A DNA stretch of 64,000 bases from Phoronis australis. Lineage: Eukaryota; Animalia; Phoronida. The notes below the pieces were generated by a model, which was given only the letters and a program-made list of their open reading frames with translations, made no database searches and was not told where the DNA came from. The number at the start of each line of letters is the position of its first letter. The first letter of the stretch is position 1. The stretch covers positions 31,534 through 95,533 of the forward strand of contig NMRA01000250.1 in NCBI GenBank assembly GCA_002633005.1, written 5' to 3'. This document shows, piece after piece, positions 62,921 through 64,000 of this stretch. The translations under genes and the position numbers were made by a program.

Positions 62921-64000
62921 TGCGTGTGCATAATGGGAGTACATGGTTTCATTTATTTCACTGTTTAACCACCACTATTACACTTGTAGCTGGAATTGAT
63001 GGTCGAACAAATAACCTTTTTACGTGTGTATGAACACAATTGCTCAGATACTGATTTTTTAATTTACTTTCCGTCGACTTATGAAAGGGCAACAGTTATT
63101 GATTTTTAGTGCTCTGTGTTAAATCCCGACAATTAATTAGGCAACTTCTCAAATATCAAAGCTAAGTGCAATAGAACTGTACAGTAAAATTTCACCAGTT
63201 GTAGGACACAAGATGCAGACAAGTGATTCTTTTTTCACTTTTTGAGTGGATTACAGTAAGGAGGTCCCTAGGGCCCACTCCCCCTATGGACATACCAATA
63301 AAAGCAACTGGCATGCCATTTGAAGAGCCCCGTGGTCATTTCGCCTTCGAAAGTTATGGTTTGGCTTCCTCTTATGATAACCGTATTTGCCAGTGAGCTA
63401 CCGTCACATATTGTTATGATACCTGTATTTGCCAGTAAGTTACCATCACATATTGCTGCATTCAAAGCAATGTGGGAAGCCTTGAAATATGTAAAACAGA
63501 CCAATTTTGGCAAATGATTTTTGTCCGACATTGGTGACAAGTTACCATTTCACGTGTTGCTGAGTGAGACCCAAACAAAGCAATTTCTGAAAGTTTATGT
63601 CCTAGGTCTGCTTCAAGATGTTGTGAACTTGTCATATCTTTCTGTTTGAATTGCTGTTTTGTAAATAGCCAACGACTCAATGGTTGCGTCTGTCTTGAAT
63701 TCACATAAATTAGTGCAATTTTCGTTTTTAAAAACGATAGTAAAGTTTCATTGTAAGCTTTTTGGAGACGGCACGCATCATTAAAACGTCCAATTATTGG
63801 AGATCAGAAATTCACCAGTTATCTAATGGCAAAAATCAAGATGTCTGAGTTACTGGTTAATTGTAAGAATTTTGTCTGGAAATTCAAAAAATAAACTGGA
63901 CATTTCAGTCATTCACAAAAAAATGGAAATTTTGCAGTTGTGAAATTGTTTGGAGACTGTTTTGCCCATAGCACCTCAATATGCTGCTGTGTGCCCAAAG

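Overview
Intron-rich invertebrate (metazoan) genomic DNA with one assembly gap (23526-24454). It contains: (1) the last eight exons of DNA polymerase delta catalytic subunit POLD1 on + (8173-16363, 3'UTR to about 17510); (2) a complete 8-coding-exon ELF3/EHF/ELF5-type ETS transcription factor (PNT + ETS domains, 369 aa as spliced by hand) on - (33399-37885), with a candidate TATA/kB/CCAAT promoter near 40.8 kb; (3) one exon of a dsRNA-binding-domain protein (ADAR/ADAD-like) on + at 60632-60780; (4) a candidate antisense gene for a type II membrane protein nested in the long POLD1 intron. The rest is MITEs and non-autonomous DNA transposons (hAT-, IS3EU-like, THAP-bearing), L1/Tx1 and CR1/L2 fragments, tRNA-derived repeats and minisatellites. 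The most unusual observations are that four POLD1 exon-intron junctions have been tandemly duplicated into the adjacent introns, leaving decoy splice sites, and that a foldback element family carries outward-facing tRNA-like cassettes plus CTCF-like motifs, with one copy in the POLD1 3'UTR. All gene models were assembled by eye and no database searches were run.
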